Notes under the pieces: generated by a model
Told to the model about the DNA's origin: nothing
Seen by the model: only the letters and a program-made list of their open reading frames with translations
The model's database searches: none
Made by a program: the position numbers and the translations under genes
From: Azolla caroliniana
Lineage: Eukaryota; Plantae; Polypodiophyta
Direction of reading: 5' to 3'
DNA length: 64,000 bases
NCBI GenBank assembly: GCA_043228905.1
Contig: JBHGNT010000003.1
Span: 8,184,001-8,248,000 of the forward strand
In this document: positions 46,084-58,157 of the stretch, in pieces
Layout of the letters: each line of letters opens with the position of its first letter
Position numbering within the stretch: position 1 is the first letter of the stretch

Positions 46084-48028
46084 TGTACGGAAGCAATAGA
46101 AAACCGAACACAAAAACGAAGGTTGAATGGAGAGCTTAGAATATACACAGTACATGGGAGAGACAGAGAGAGAGAGCACACAGAAAATCAATTCAAAAAT
46201 AATACTCAATCTGTACATTGTATGTGTTCAGTGAACACTTTTATACAAGTCCATACGGACTGACAAAACTCACACAAGCGTTTGACACTAACTATGAGAC
46301 ATTAACTTCCTAGTAGTCTAGGTTGCTACTAGGCTTCCGGTTACTGATGGCACCGGCTAACTGGCTCCCCAACTCACCGGCTCACCAATCCGGCTCAAGC
46401 TTATTCAGCCGATACGGATCCGGTTGAGCTTGCCGCTCAACACTCCCCCTCAAGCTCAACTTGACTCGACCGATTTCATCGAGTCTAGGTTTGGTGATGA
46501 CTAGATCATCAACATACAGCAAGATGCAGACCAGACCATCTAGACCTTGTCGGATGTACAATGAAGAGTCAGACTTGGAGGCCACAAACCCCATCTTACG
46601 CAACTGGTGCGTGATCTTCTCATTCCAAGCTCGGGAGGCTTGCTTCCGGCCATAAAGTGACTTCTTCAGTCGGCATACCACCGACTTGTTCAGACTGGAA
46701 ACCGGGGGTTGGGTCATAAAGACCTCTTCTTCAATATCACCTTGAAGAAATGCATTCTTCATGTCCATCTGGTGAAGATGCCACCCCCTTGCCGCAACAA
46801 CCGCCAGCACCACACGAACCGTCATCATCTTCGCTACCGGAGCGAAGGTCTTGTCGTAGTCGATTCCATGGGTCTACGTGTATCCCTTCGCCACTAACCG
46901 GGCCTTGTACCGGTTAACCAAACCGTCGACATTGTAATTTACCTTGTAAACCCACTTACATCCCATCAGTTTACAGTGTTAGGGAGGGTCAACTAGGTCC
47001 CATGTCTCGTTGGCATCGAGTGCCCACATTTCTTCCTTCATAGCGGCACGCCAATTTGCATCCTTTGCCGCTTCTGAGTAGCTCTCTGGCTCACGCACTT
47101 CCGCCACCTTGGTCATGTACGCATAATGATGCGCCATGTACTCATTGTACCCATACTACTTCACGGGGTTCTTCTGGCGGGAAGACCGGCGTATCTTATC
47201 GTTACCCGGTTTGGGGCCCTTCTTGGCCGGTTCGGAGAACGAAGATCCACCTTCATACTTTCCGGAGTCGGATTCGTATTCCAGCATCTTCTTCTTCCCC
47301 TTCTCTTTTTGCGTGAACTGTCTCCTCGGTTCCTTGCATGGGGAGAGCACGGCAGAGTCTCCATTACTCGTTGGTTCCTCATCCGATTGCTCATCCCGAC
47401 TCGGCTGCTCATTCGGTCCACTCAACCGATGAGAGATCAGACTCTCTTCTAGAGTGCCGAGGTCTTCATCTTCTATCTGGACCGGTTCAGGCTCACTAGC
47501 CTCATCCTCTGGTATTGGGTCGGGGTCGGAAGTCGGAGTCGGTAAGCCATACCATGATGCCGTCTCATCAAACTCAACATCCCGGCTAACTCGAACCTGA
47601 TTTGTCCGGGGGTGATAACACTTATACCCCTTTTGCTCATGCGAGTAACCAACCAGGATGCATTTCTCCGACTTTGCATCCAACTTCCTCCGCTTCTCAT
47701 CCGGCACATGCACATATGCAATGCTACCGAATATCCGAAGATGTCTCAAATTCGTCTTGCGTCCGAAATACAACTCATGCGCGGACACCTTGTCACTGAA
47801 CCAGTTTTGGATATAGACGGTTGTCCTGACCGCCTCGGCCTAGTAGAAATGAGGCATGCTCTTCTCCTCCAACATTGCCCTTGTCGCGTCAACAATCGAC
47901 TAGTTCTTCATTTCGGCCACACCATTTTGCTCCAGTGTGTATCTGCAGCTGAACTCTCTCCGAATTCCTTTTTGTTGTAGATAACTGTTGAATTGCCCGG
48001 AAAAATATTCTTTTCGGCCATCCGACGA
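46084..48028 (-). mobile_element. Copia C-like relic (integrase-RT, deletion straight to PPT, 3' LTR 46084-46442)
   Basis: ORFs 47156-47788, 46382-46828; LTR starts TGTTGAGCGGCAAGCTCAACC. Confidence 0.88.
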
Positions 48029-48029
48029 T

Positions 48030-49490
48030 TGACCAATGGGATCCATCCGGCCCCGAATCGGATTCGGATGAAGAGCAGACAGAGGAACCAATGGATGAGA
48101 ACCAAGGAAGAAGATACCCTCTAAGAGAGAGAAGGCCCCCCCGGAGATTTCCGGATGCAGAGCATGTGTTGCTGACCGACGGGGGAGAGCCAAAAAGCTT
48201 CGAGAAGCAAAGAAAGACACTCATAGCCGCAAGTGTTAAGTGCCATGCAGGATGAGATGGATTCTCTGCATGAGAACCACACATTTGAACTGACGGAGCT
48301 GTCGAAGGGAAAGAGAGCGCTCTAGAACAAGTGGGTGTACAAGTTGAAACCGGGGGACTCCGAAAATCCACCAAGGTATAAGGCCCGCATTGTAGTGAAG
48401 GGCTTCCAGTAGAAGAAAGGAGTGGATTTCGATGAGATCTTTGCCCTGGTAGTGAAGATGACATCCATCCGGACTGTGTTGAGCATAGCGGCAAGCATGG
48501 ACCTCGAGGTAGAGCAACTAGACATCAAGACGGCATTCCTACATGGAGACCTCGAAGAAGAGATCTACATGCAATAGCCGGAAGGATTCATCAAGAAAGG
48601 GAAAGAGCACCTGGTATGCCGGTTGAAGAAGAGATTATACAGATTGAAGCAAGCTCCCCAGCAATGGTACCGGAAGTTCGACTCCTTCATGACCAATCAA
48701 GGATATCACAAGACGCGGGCCGACCACTGTGTATTTGTGAAGAATTTCGACAGAGGAGACTTCCTGATACTCCTACTATATGTGGATGACATGTTGATTG
48801 TTGGACCAGACCGAACCAAAATCGAGAATATGAAGAAGCCCTTGAACTGGACCGTCTCAATGAAAGATTTGGGTCCGACACGACAGATATTGGGGATGCA
48901 CATTGTCCAGGACCGGACGAAGAAGCTATTGTGGCTGTCATAGGAGAAGTACGTGACGAAGGGGCTCCAACGGTTCAACATGATAGATGCAAAGCCGGTT
49001 GGATCGACACTTCCGACAAATTGCAAGCTGTCTGGAAAGCAAAGTCCGAAGACGAAGGCAGAGAAGTCAGAGATGATGAAGATATCATATGCCTCTATAG
49101 TCGGAAGCTTGATGTATGCAATGGTGTGTACCCGATCAGATATCGGATATGTTGTCGGAGTGGTTAGTCAGTTCATGAGAAATTCAGGAAGAGAACACTG
49201 GACCACAGTTAAGTGGATACTCCAGTACTTGAAAGGCACCTCTAGTATGTGCCTCCGATTCGGCTCTAGAAAACCCCAGCTTGAAGGATTCCCGGATTCG
49301 GATATGTTGGCTGATGTAGATACCAGCCGGTCAAATTTTAGATATGTTATTACATATGCAGGGGGAGTCGTATCGTGGCAGTCGAGGCTACAAAAGTCCG
49401 TTGCACTATCAACAACAGAAGTGGAGTACATGGTGGGTGTGGAAGTTGATAAAGAGGTAATCAGGATGAAGGACTTCATCGGAGAGCTAA
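48030..49490 (+). pseudogene. Copia E-like RT-RNase H relic
   Basis: RRYPLRERRPPRRFP, LYVDDML, SWQSRLQKSVALSTTE. Confidence 0.88.
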
Positions 49491-49563
49491 AGGGTCAAGG
49501 GCTAGGAAGGCCGAAAGTGCCAATCGTCAAACCCCAGACATCATACTTGAGCTTGAGGGGGAG

Positions 49564-49892
49564 TGTTGAGATATCAAGCTCAACTAGGTCGACTTTAGTT
49601 AGTATAGAAGGAATCTAATAAAGTTAGATTTCACTCCTCATGAATGAGCCAGTTGTACTTGTGTCAGTGCACTCAGTTATGAGAGAAAAAAAGGCGTTGT
49701 ATAAAAGATGCTCAGAGGGCACAGTTGTAAGGGAGACCATTTTCTTAATGAAATAACAAGCCTTTTGTGTGGTGCATACTCTATGTATTGCCTTCATCTC
49801 TGTGTAATCTTCATCTTTTTTTTCTGTCTCTCTGCTTTTCTATCGTTCTGTTTGGCCGAGCTGATTGCATCTCAACTTCCACAATCTTTACA
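49564..49892 (+). repeat. 3' LTR of an A/C-related copia with PPT
   Basis: CTTGAGGGGGAG|TGTTGAGATATCAAGCTCAAC...AATCTTTACA. Confidence 0.8.
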
Positions 49893-50172
49893 ATGGATAT
49901 GGAACAAAGAACAGAAGTAACAAAGACAATGTGCAAGAAGCTAACAACAGGATGCAACAAATGAGGGAGAGAGGGGGCGGGGGGACCGAGAGGCACGAAA
50001 TACAACTTATTATTCAAAATGGCAAATACAACATCTTCAAACTAGGTTACAAACTTGGTTATATACTAACCAAGTTAGCGAAACTACCCTTTGTGCTATT
50101 TACTAAAATAGCCTATACTAGTTTGTACAATGGGATAATGTAAATATGTCCATTATATCACTATATGCGACA
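49893..50172 (-). repeat. Partial B-like LTR
   Basis: Similar to 8570-8798 (GCTATTTAC..AAATAGCC, ends ..CGACA). Confidence 0.65.
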
Positions 50173-50910
50173 CTAGCTACTAGAGATTCACTATAGAAGG
50201 TACCTCGCATGATCTTGCGTCTACCACAAGAAAAGCGAGATCTCTTTCAAGATAGTCTTTGTTCGCCAACCAATCCTAAACTCTCATTTTAGACTCTCAA
50301 TGATGTACTTTTTGTAGTTTTCATTGATGGACGTAGTATGGATTGTGCAATGAAAGATGATATGAGGACCTGTAGATTCGTGTCAGACAAACAACAAAGT
50401 AAACTAGAGACGTCATTATTCATGTTAACCGTTCTGCCGGAAACACCTTCGATATGCCACAAGCTATCGGTATCAAGGGAAGTGTAATCGTGAAGACTTG
50501 TGCACGGGGGTGTCGTTAAGGGAAGAACACGGAGAGCATACCTGGAATAGAGCCCGGGTCGTATACATAGTTGAGACCTTAGAAACGACGACACACAGAT
50601 GAAAACAACAAGAGCTAATAGATATGTATTACTGTAATAGTTAGCGATGCTTACAAAAAACACGGCCCACAGCCGCTAGCCTTACAAAGCTCCTATATCT
50701 ATAAAACGACCTCGTCTAGGCTCTGGATATCTCTCCCTGCCGAGGTACGCAGACCTCGGTTTATATACTTCTTTTCCTTCATACAGCATCGAGCGGTCGG
50801 CTGACTATGAGGCTCGAAACTCGGTGTTTTACCTAACTCTCCCTTACCTACTCGCCTTACTTCCGGTGTGTTACATTTAACTAATTTCTATTTTTTGCCT
50901 ATGGACAACA

Positions 50911-50956
50911 CCTGGCACGCCCGTGGGACAGGACTTTGTCCGTCGAACCCACGGTT
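50911..50956 (+). promoter_or_regulatory. Inverted tRNA-PBS-like motif at the PPT position of G2
   Basis: CAACA + CC + TGGCACGCCCGTGGGAC-AGGACTTTGTCCG-TCGAACCCAC; 39/47 identical to 15001-15047. Confidence 0.78.
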
Positions 50957-51025
50957 CACCATGGATTTAACAAAACCACACGAATTACAAAAATTGCCCG
51001 TTCCTACTGGGCTTAGAGGTTGGTT

Positions 51026-54000
51026 TTATTCTTCTTCCAATATGCCGAGGATATCCTGGAGGGCGTGGCGTTGGGCTGGCTGCTCGGCCGGTGGAGTTGG
51101 TGATGGAGGTGGTGTTGCTGAGTTGGGGATGGCGGTGTCGGTGTGTGTGCCCTCCTCTATTGGGACCGATTCAGGTAGGGTCGGGGTTATAGTCTGTGGC
51201 TCCGGTGGGATGTGGACGTCGATAGGAGCAGGTTCCCCTGGTCTAGCTACCGTGGGGAGTGACTCGGTTCCTTGCTCGGTGTTTGTGGGAGCCCTGTGAC
51301 TCCCGGTAGCGAGTCATTCCTCCTCGTACGCTTCGGCTTCTAAACGAAATACCATTAGATCGTCGTTGAATTCCTCCAACAGTTGCTCGATGGCCGCGGT
51401 GTGGGATGTTGCCAAGCTATGATATTCTTTCGTTAAGTCCTCACAGAGGGTCTGGATGTTGGTGTCATCCATCTTGTAAAACCCTCAGCCCTCCTTTCGT
51501 CGGTTCTCGGCATCCGCGCGTAGTATGTGTAGGTCCGCGGCTTGGGCTGACCACTCCTACCAAACATGGTCAAGCATTTCTTTGATCTTCGTGGTGAATT
51601 GTTGGCGATACTTCTGGATTAGGGTCTTGATTTTGGTATCATCCATGCCGATGCTCGCACGGTGAACTTCGAGTGCCTCCCTTTGCGGCCTTGGCTTCTG
51701 CTTGGCTTTTGCGGGCAAAAGAGTACTAACGTACCTTGATTATCTTTTTCTTTTTCCGTGATGAGCGCGATGGTCTGCTCATAACGGTTGGTGAGCGGAG
51801 CTACAGTTTCGTTCCTTTCCAGTCGCCAGGTGTCCCGGTGTTGTTCTTTGACGGCGATGTGCTCGTATTGCAACTGGTGATATGCATCGGAAATTTTCAC
51901 TCGTTGCTCCTCCGAGATCCTCCACTTCTGCATATGTTCGTTGGCCATGTCCTGGAAGGCTCGTTGATGACGGCGTAATTCCTGGTTGTTGGCGAAGAGC
52001 TCTTGTTCCCATTGGCTATTCCGCTCGGTTTCTTTGATGAACCGTTCCTTAGCCTCAGTGATCGAGACTTGGAGGGTCATCACCTCTCATTCTCGTGCTT
52101 CAAGCGTGGCCGACCTTTCAGCAAGCAATCACTTGACGTTCGCTTCGCGGCTCGCGGCTTATTCTCGTTACTGGCCAAGAATGTTGTTGTGATTCTGTTC
52201 GGCCATCTCGGCTAGCGCGATCTGGGCCTGAAGCTCCTCCTGGTAGTCCCTAAGGGGAGGCCCTGTTTGGGTTGCCTCTTGCTAGAGTTGGGCCGAGGAC
52301 TCCCTGTCTGTCTGTGTCGCTCATTCCATGACTTCCGGAGGTGGTGGGGTTTGCATTGAGGCTTGGCTGGTTTGGGGGTTCGAGCTGATATCTGGTCGTG
52401 ACAATGGCTCACTTGTCTGTACCAAGTCTGTCATTGTGTTGGCCTCGGCCGTGGCTACCGTGGGGTGGGTGGCGTCGTCTTTGTGTGCTACGGTACCTTC
52501 AGCTGTCGGGCTCGGGTTCGGAAGAGTGGCTGGTGAGACAACTTCACTCGGCACAAGGAGGATTAAGGGCGGCTATTGTTGCCTGAGTGTCGCCAGTTTC
52601 TCCTCGGTGGCTTGCCATAGGTCGCTAGCCCGTTTGGCTTGCTGATGCGCCGTTTTGATACATCGGGCCATGTCCTTGGCTGCCCGAGTAGTGTGGTGTA
52701 GATTGCGATATGCCTCGACTAAGGCCATGCTCAGATCTGGTAGTTCCATGAGAAGCGAAGCATTCTGTACTTGCTTCTTCCGTCCTATCTTTTGTAAGGC
52801 TCGATCCTCATGAGGTTCGATTTCACCCATTAGCGCACGTTGGATCATCTTTGTTTCGGCGTGCTCCTCGGCCATACAAGCAGCATCAGCTACTTGGGCG
52901 CGCGCGAGGAAATACATTAACTCGTAAGTTGTGCCTAGTCGAAGTAGGGCACTGAACTCGTATGCCTCCGCAGGGAGATCTTTGTACCCGAGGACTTCTT
53001 CCTCTGATATCTGCATGGTTTGGCCATGCTCAATCGTTCCGACTTGGAGCCATGACTCCGCTGGTACTATGTTGGTGGTGGGGGGGCTAGCCTCTTTTGA
53101 TTTCTGTCGTTGGTCGCCTTCGGTTTCTGTGTTTGCCTCTCGAATGATATGACGTCTTTTTGGCGGCTGGTCCTGCGCGTCCGCGGTTGGTGGTGTTGGC
53201 TCCTCGGCCTGTTTCCTCTTCTGCTACCGGATGGCCGAGGGCTGCTAGCTGGTGGGTCGTGGGCTCGGTTGTCGAGAGGTCATTGATGTCGTTGGTGGCC
53301 TCTGGCGTATGGTGACATCCTCGGGGATGGCCTCCTCGGCCTCATCCCATTCAACACGGGTTGCTGTCACCGCCCGTTGTCTTTGTGTTTTTGGTGGGTG
53401 TGGGGCCGAGGCGGAAGCGGGGTTCCGAACGCTTGAGGGAGGTGGAGAAGACGAGTCTTCCCATTCTTCCTAAGTTATCTCCAAAATCTGCCCGCGTTGT
53501 TTTCGTGGTGGTGGTGGAGAGATCAGGGTGCGATGAGGGGAAACCGAAGGAGGTGGGTAGAGGACTGCAAGGAAGTGGTTGATCACAGGCAACAGACGTT
53601 TACCGGTTTGGAAGGATTCGAACGCCGCATGGATTCCTTCGCCTGTGATGATTCCCCAATCAATTTTGTTTCCCTCATAAGCACTAATAATGATCGCCGC
53701 TTTGCTCTATGGCATACTGGTAGGGTTGGTATGCACGAACACGTACTCTATCAAGATGCGAGCGAATTCCCCAAATCCCTTGTTGGATCCACCATAGGTG
53801 CGGTAGGCTTTACCCAATATGGAATACGCACCAAAGTATTCCTTCAAGGTCGTGCAAGGGGGAATCTCGACCTCATGATCACCTCCTCGTTTCAAGTCCA
53901 AGGCAGCACAAATCATATTGTTGGTGATTGTGTCCGGGTGGATTCGTCGTGCGACCGCTTGGGCATCAGGGTGTGCAGGGGCATTGATCACCTTTAAATA

Positions 54001-54060
54001 ACCACCCAAGCCTCATTCTTGAAGCCAGGAGCGGGTTTCTTGTGAAGCTGCTAGAGGCAT
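51026..54060 (-). pseudogene. Extra post-integrase ORF of G2, unknown function
   Basis: Pieces 53707-54009, 52573-53016, 52321-52554, 51619-52083; homologous to the G1 extra ORF. Confidence 0.8.
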
Positions 54061-54649
54061 ACTCGACTCAGGGTTCTGCTGTGGGGAAGATTGGGGAAGG
54101 AGGATTCGACCAGGCCGAGCCAGAGTGAGGGAAAGAGATGGTTGTGGTGCGGCAGCGGGGTTACGAGGGCAAGAGAGGGCTTGTGAGCAAGAGCGGTGGG
54201 AGTGAGGAACGCACTGAGAGCGAGAGGAAGCTTGAGAGCGTGGGAGCGATGAATGCTGGGTGTGCAAGAAAACATCTATGTGTGGAGTGGTTGTGGGGTA
54301 ATTGTTTTTTAGCGAACACCTAGGGTTTTGTGCATGAAGAGGAGCCTGGAGATTCTTGGGCGTGGGTGCCATAATAGGATATTATGGCCACATGTCCTAG
54401 GGAGTTAGTGCTTCGCCTTGGATGTTGTGCATGTGCCTTTAAATACTTAAGTGAATGTGAAAGTGACTAATGTGTGCCTCTAACCTGACGTGATTTTGGT
54501 GAGGTGGTAAGTGGTGTAGGTGGAACTAACTAATTGCTAAAAGTATGCCTAATCCTACCTAATGTCTACTTTGGAATGATGGTGGGTTCTTACCAAGGGG
54601 GACGCGTAGCCTCCTTCGTGGCCGTGTCCGTGCCGTGAGACTCGGCGAA

Positions 54650-57600
54650 AGGGTTGGCTGGGGTATTTCCCTGGTATGATCGTAGTCGGAATCCATTCAC
54701 CCAACTTTTGACTATTTCCCCGGCGAGGGTGCCGAGTTGGAATGTGTCGTTAAACTCATCAATAATCCAGAAGGGGCCGGTCCATCGAAATCATAACTTT
54801 CCTAGCATAGCACCAAGTCACGTCTGGAAAACGAGGACCGGTTTGCCTATGGTCAATTCTTGTTCCAATCCCTTCCGATGTTGGTCCACAAAGGCTTTCC
54901 GTTGGCGTTGGTGTTGTTCAAGTTGGGCCATGCTCGCTACTCGGCCCTCGCCAAGTTCGAGGAGTTGTTCCAGCCTCAATTGTTTGGATTGGGCCTCGGG
55001 AAGTTGTGCTTTAACTTGCACTCGGAGACTCAAGACTTGGAACTCGATGGGCATAACGGCTTCTAGACCAAAAGCCATCCGAAAGGGGGTGGATTGAATG
55101 CTCATTTTGAATGACGTGCGGTAAGCCCACAGTGCACTCTGGAGCTTGTCATCCCAATCGTTGCGGTTCTCGTTGACGATCTTCTTCAGGATTGTTTGGA
55201 GAATTTTGTTAGTCGATTCTACCAATCTGTTTGCTTGCGGGTAGTATGGTGTGCTTTTCTAATGTACCACTGTGTAGTGAGTCGTAAGCTCGCGTATTAT
55301 ATGGTTTATAAAGTGCCCACCTTGGTCACTAACGAGCTCAATTGGACATCCATAACGGCACCAAAGATGTTCGTACACGAATTTGGTCGTGGATGCTGCC
55401 GTGTTGTCTCGTAAAGCCTTTGCCTCGACCCATTTTGTGCAGTAGTCCGTGACGACGATGATATACTTATTACCGGTTCGGGCTGCGACTGGTTTGAAGG
55501 GTCCCACAAAATCTAACCCCCATTTTTGAAATGGTTCCAATGGAAGAATGGGTTGGTGTAGCATTCGAGCTTGTTCCATCGGCTGTCCCAACCGTTGGCA
55601 CAAGTCGCATTGTTGGCAGAACTCGTGGGCATCCTTTTTCGTTGTAGGCCACCATAACTCACTCTGTCATACTTTCCTTGTTGTGGGCTCTCCGGCGTAG
55701 TGTCCACGGGCGATTCTAAGGTGGGCATCTTGGAGGATGGCCTTCTTCTCGAATTGTCGAATGGCCCGACGCCATATTCCGTCCGAGCCTTTGTGATAGA
55801 GGATGTCGGAAACTAGACAAAAGTTGCGGCTACGTACTACGAGTCATTTCCGTACATTGAGGGCCATGTGGTCCGGAGGCAAGCCAGTACTAAGGAAATG
55901 GGTCATGTCCGTGATCCATTCATCTTCTTTGTCGTTGGGTAGCGTTGCGAGATGAAATAAGCCGGCATCGGGTAGATCGTCATATGTGGGCTCGCCAGGG
56001 TCTCCTGACTCGAGGCGGCTTAGGTAGTCAGCGACGGCATGTTGAACTCCGGTTCGATGCTGTATATGAAAATAAAACTCTTGTAATAGGAGCATCCATC
56101 GAGCCAGTCGACCTGTCAGGGCTTGTTTATTAACCAGGTAAAGGAGGGCCAAGTGATCGACGTGAAAGGTGAATTTTCGGCCTAAGAGATAATGCTGAAA
56201 TTTACTGATGTTGTAGATCATACCGAGGGCCTCCTGTTTGGTGGTTGAATAGTTCTTTTCCGCGGCCGAGAGACGTCGGCTAGCATAATACACTGGCTGA
56301 TACCAATTTGGGGGTGTGCATTGCATAAGTGCACTCCCGATGGCAATATCTGATGCGTCCACGAAGACGTGAAAAGGTTCCGACCATCTCGGGGGTTGTA
56401 CAACTAGGGCATGCGAGAGCATTAATTTCAATCCTTGGTAAGCCTCGTCCTCGATTGAAGTCCATTGAAAGGGGAGTCGATGTACCGCCGCGTGTAGTGT
56501 TGTCGCGAAATCGGCCAGGTGGTGTATCATCTAGCTATGCCATCTGATTTGTCCCAAAAATCCGTTGAGGCCTTTTGTGTTCGAGGGTGTCAGGGCTTTT
56601 AGGATGGCTTGTACTTTATCCGGGTCCATGGCGATACCTTCTTGACTGACGATGTGTTCGAGTAGGTTGCCGCTTGTGACCAAGAACGCGCATTTTGCCG
56701 GGTTTAAACTTAACCGAGCTTGGCGACATCAATCAAGACAGAGACGTAATTGGGTCATGTGTTCCAGTCATTGACCATATACGGTGAAGTCGTCGAGAAA
56801 GACTTGCATGAACGCTGGGATATACTCGTTAAAAATTTCGGTGATGATGCGCTGGAACGTGGCCGGTGCTGTTTTTAAACCGAACATCATGACTTCTGCC
56901 ACGAAAACACCCCATTCCGTGACAAACATTGTTTTCGCTTGATCATCCGGTGCATTATGATTTGGTTGTACCCATTGAACCCGTCTAGAAAGTTGTAGCA
57001 TTCGTGACCTGCCACCGTGTCAAGAACACTATCCATGAACGGGAGAGGGAATCCATCCACGACCGTTGCAGCATTAAGCTTGCGATAGTCCACATAGACT
57101 CGGATTTTCCCGTTTTTCTTGGGGACGACTACGATTGGGCTTAACCATGTGGCGCGTTTTACCGATCGTATGAACCCGACTCGGAGGAGCTTGTCTATTT
57201 CTTCCTTGACCTTAGCCGCATAATTGGGGTTCATCTGGTATCATCTTTGCTGAACCGGCCGAGCGTCCAGGAGAAGGTGGATTTGGTGTTGGTAGTATTG
57301 TGGGTCCAAACCCTTCATATCCGTGTAAGACCATGCAAATACATCTTGGTAATCAGTGAGTAAATGGATGAGGGCTGCTCGTTCGCCGGTGGGTAAGTTA
57401 TTAGCAATCTGTAGGGTCCAAGGGGTCTCATCCGAACCGAGGTTCAGTGTTTCGAGTGTTGATGCCTTCACTTGTTGGGAGATGGCGAGTTCACGTTCAA
57501 AAGCGTCCCGAGCATGTCGTAATTCGGCAATGGTGATGGGATCGGGCTCATCCTGGGGAGGTGTATTCACCGTGACCTCCTCGTCTAGAGGTGTGCCGAC

Positions 57601-58157
57601 GGCTGACATGGCGTCGATTTCGAAGAAAGGTATGATAGTGGGATGGTCTTCTAAGAAGTCGTCCACCTCGTCATCGGCTAATCCGTCGAGCATGTGCACC
57701 CTTTCCGCGTATAACGGCGAGTTGTTGTGGGGCGTGGTTACGCGTTCTTCGGTTATGATCCGAACCTTGGTCTTTCCTCGGCAAAACGAGATCATGTTGC
57801 GCTGCCAATGTTTGCGCAACCATGGTCTACCCAATAACATTGGGTAAGCCCCCTATGCTTCGAGTCGTAAGACAACAGCCGAGATAGTGAACATTGGCCT
57901 CCTAGAGTAAAGTCGAGGTGGCGGACTAATCTGATGGGGCGCACCGATCGTGTGTCAGCCATCCGAAGCCAAAAGGGGCAAGGTTCCCATTGATTCAGGC
58001 CGAGTTTATGACAAGTAGCCTCGTTGATGACATTCACGCTAGAGCCGCCGTCAATTATGCACCCGTGTAGGTCCTTCCCTTTAATCATAATTTTTATGGC
58101 TAGATTCTGCGCATCCATGAGGGGTGGACCCGTTCCAGGCTCGGTCAGGTGCACAGG
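54650..58157 (-). pseudogene. G2 pol, degenerate
   Basis: ORF pieces 57792-58163, 57241-57840, 56887-57234, 56768-57001, 55844-56530, 55259-55603, 54818-55225. Confidence 0.92.

Larger units (their letters stand above)
50173..58157 (-). mobile_element. Non-chromovirus Ty3/gypsy element G2 (protease-RT-RNase H-integrase-extra ORF-3' LTR)
   Basis: IIDGGSSVNVI, VDYRKLN, VFLDDF, VDASDIAIG, GRLARW, PFQKWGLDF; no additional aRH domain seen; LTR begins TGTTGTCC at 50910. Confidence 0.92.

Noticed and set aside
50911-50956. tRNA gene or tRNA-derived SINE
   Set aside because: Only a T-arm/acceptor-like 3' part with encoded CCA; no D-arm, anticodon arm or A-box; position is fixed relative to the LTR.
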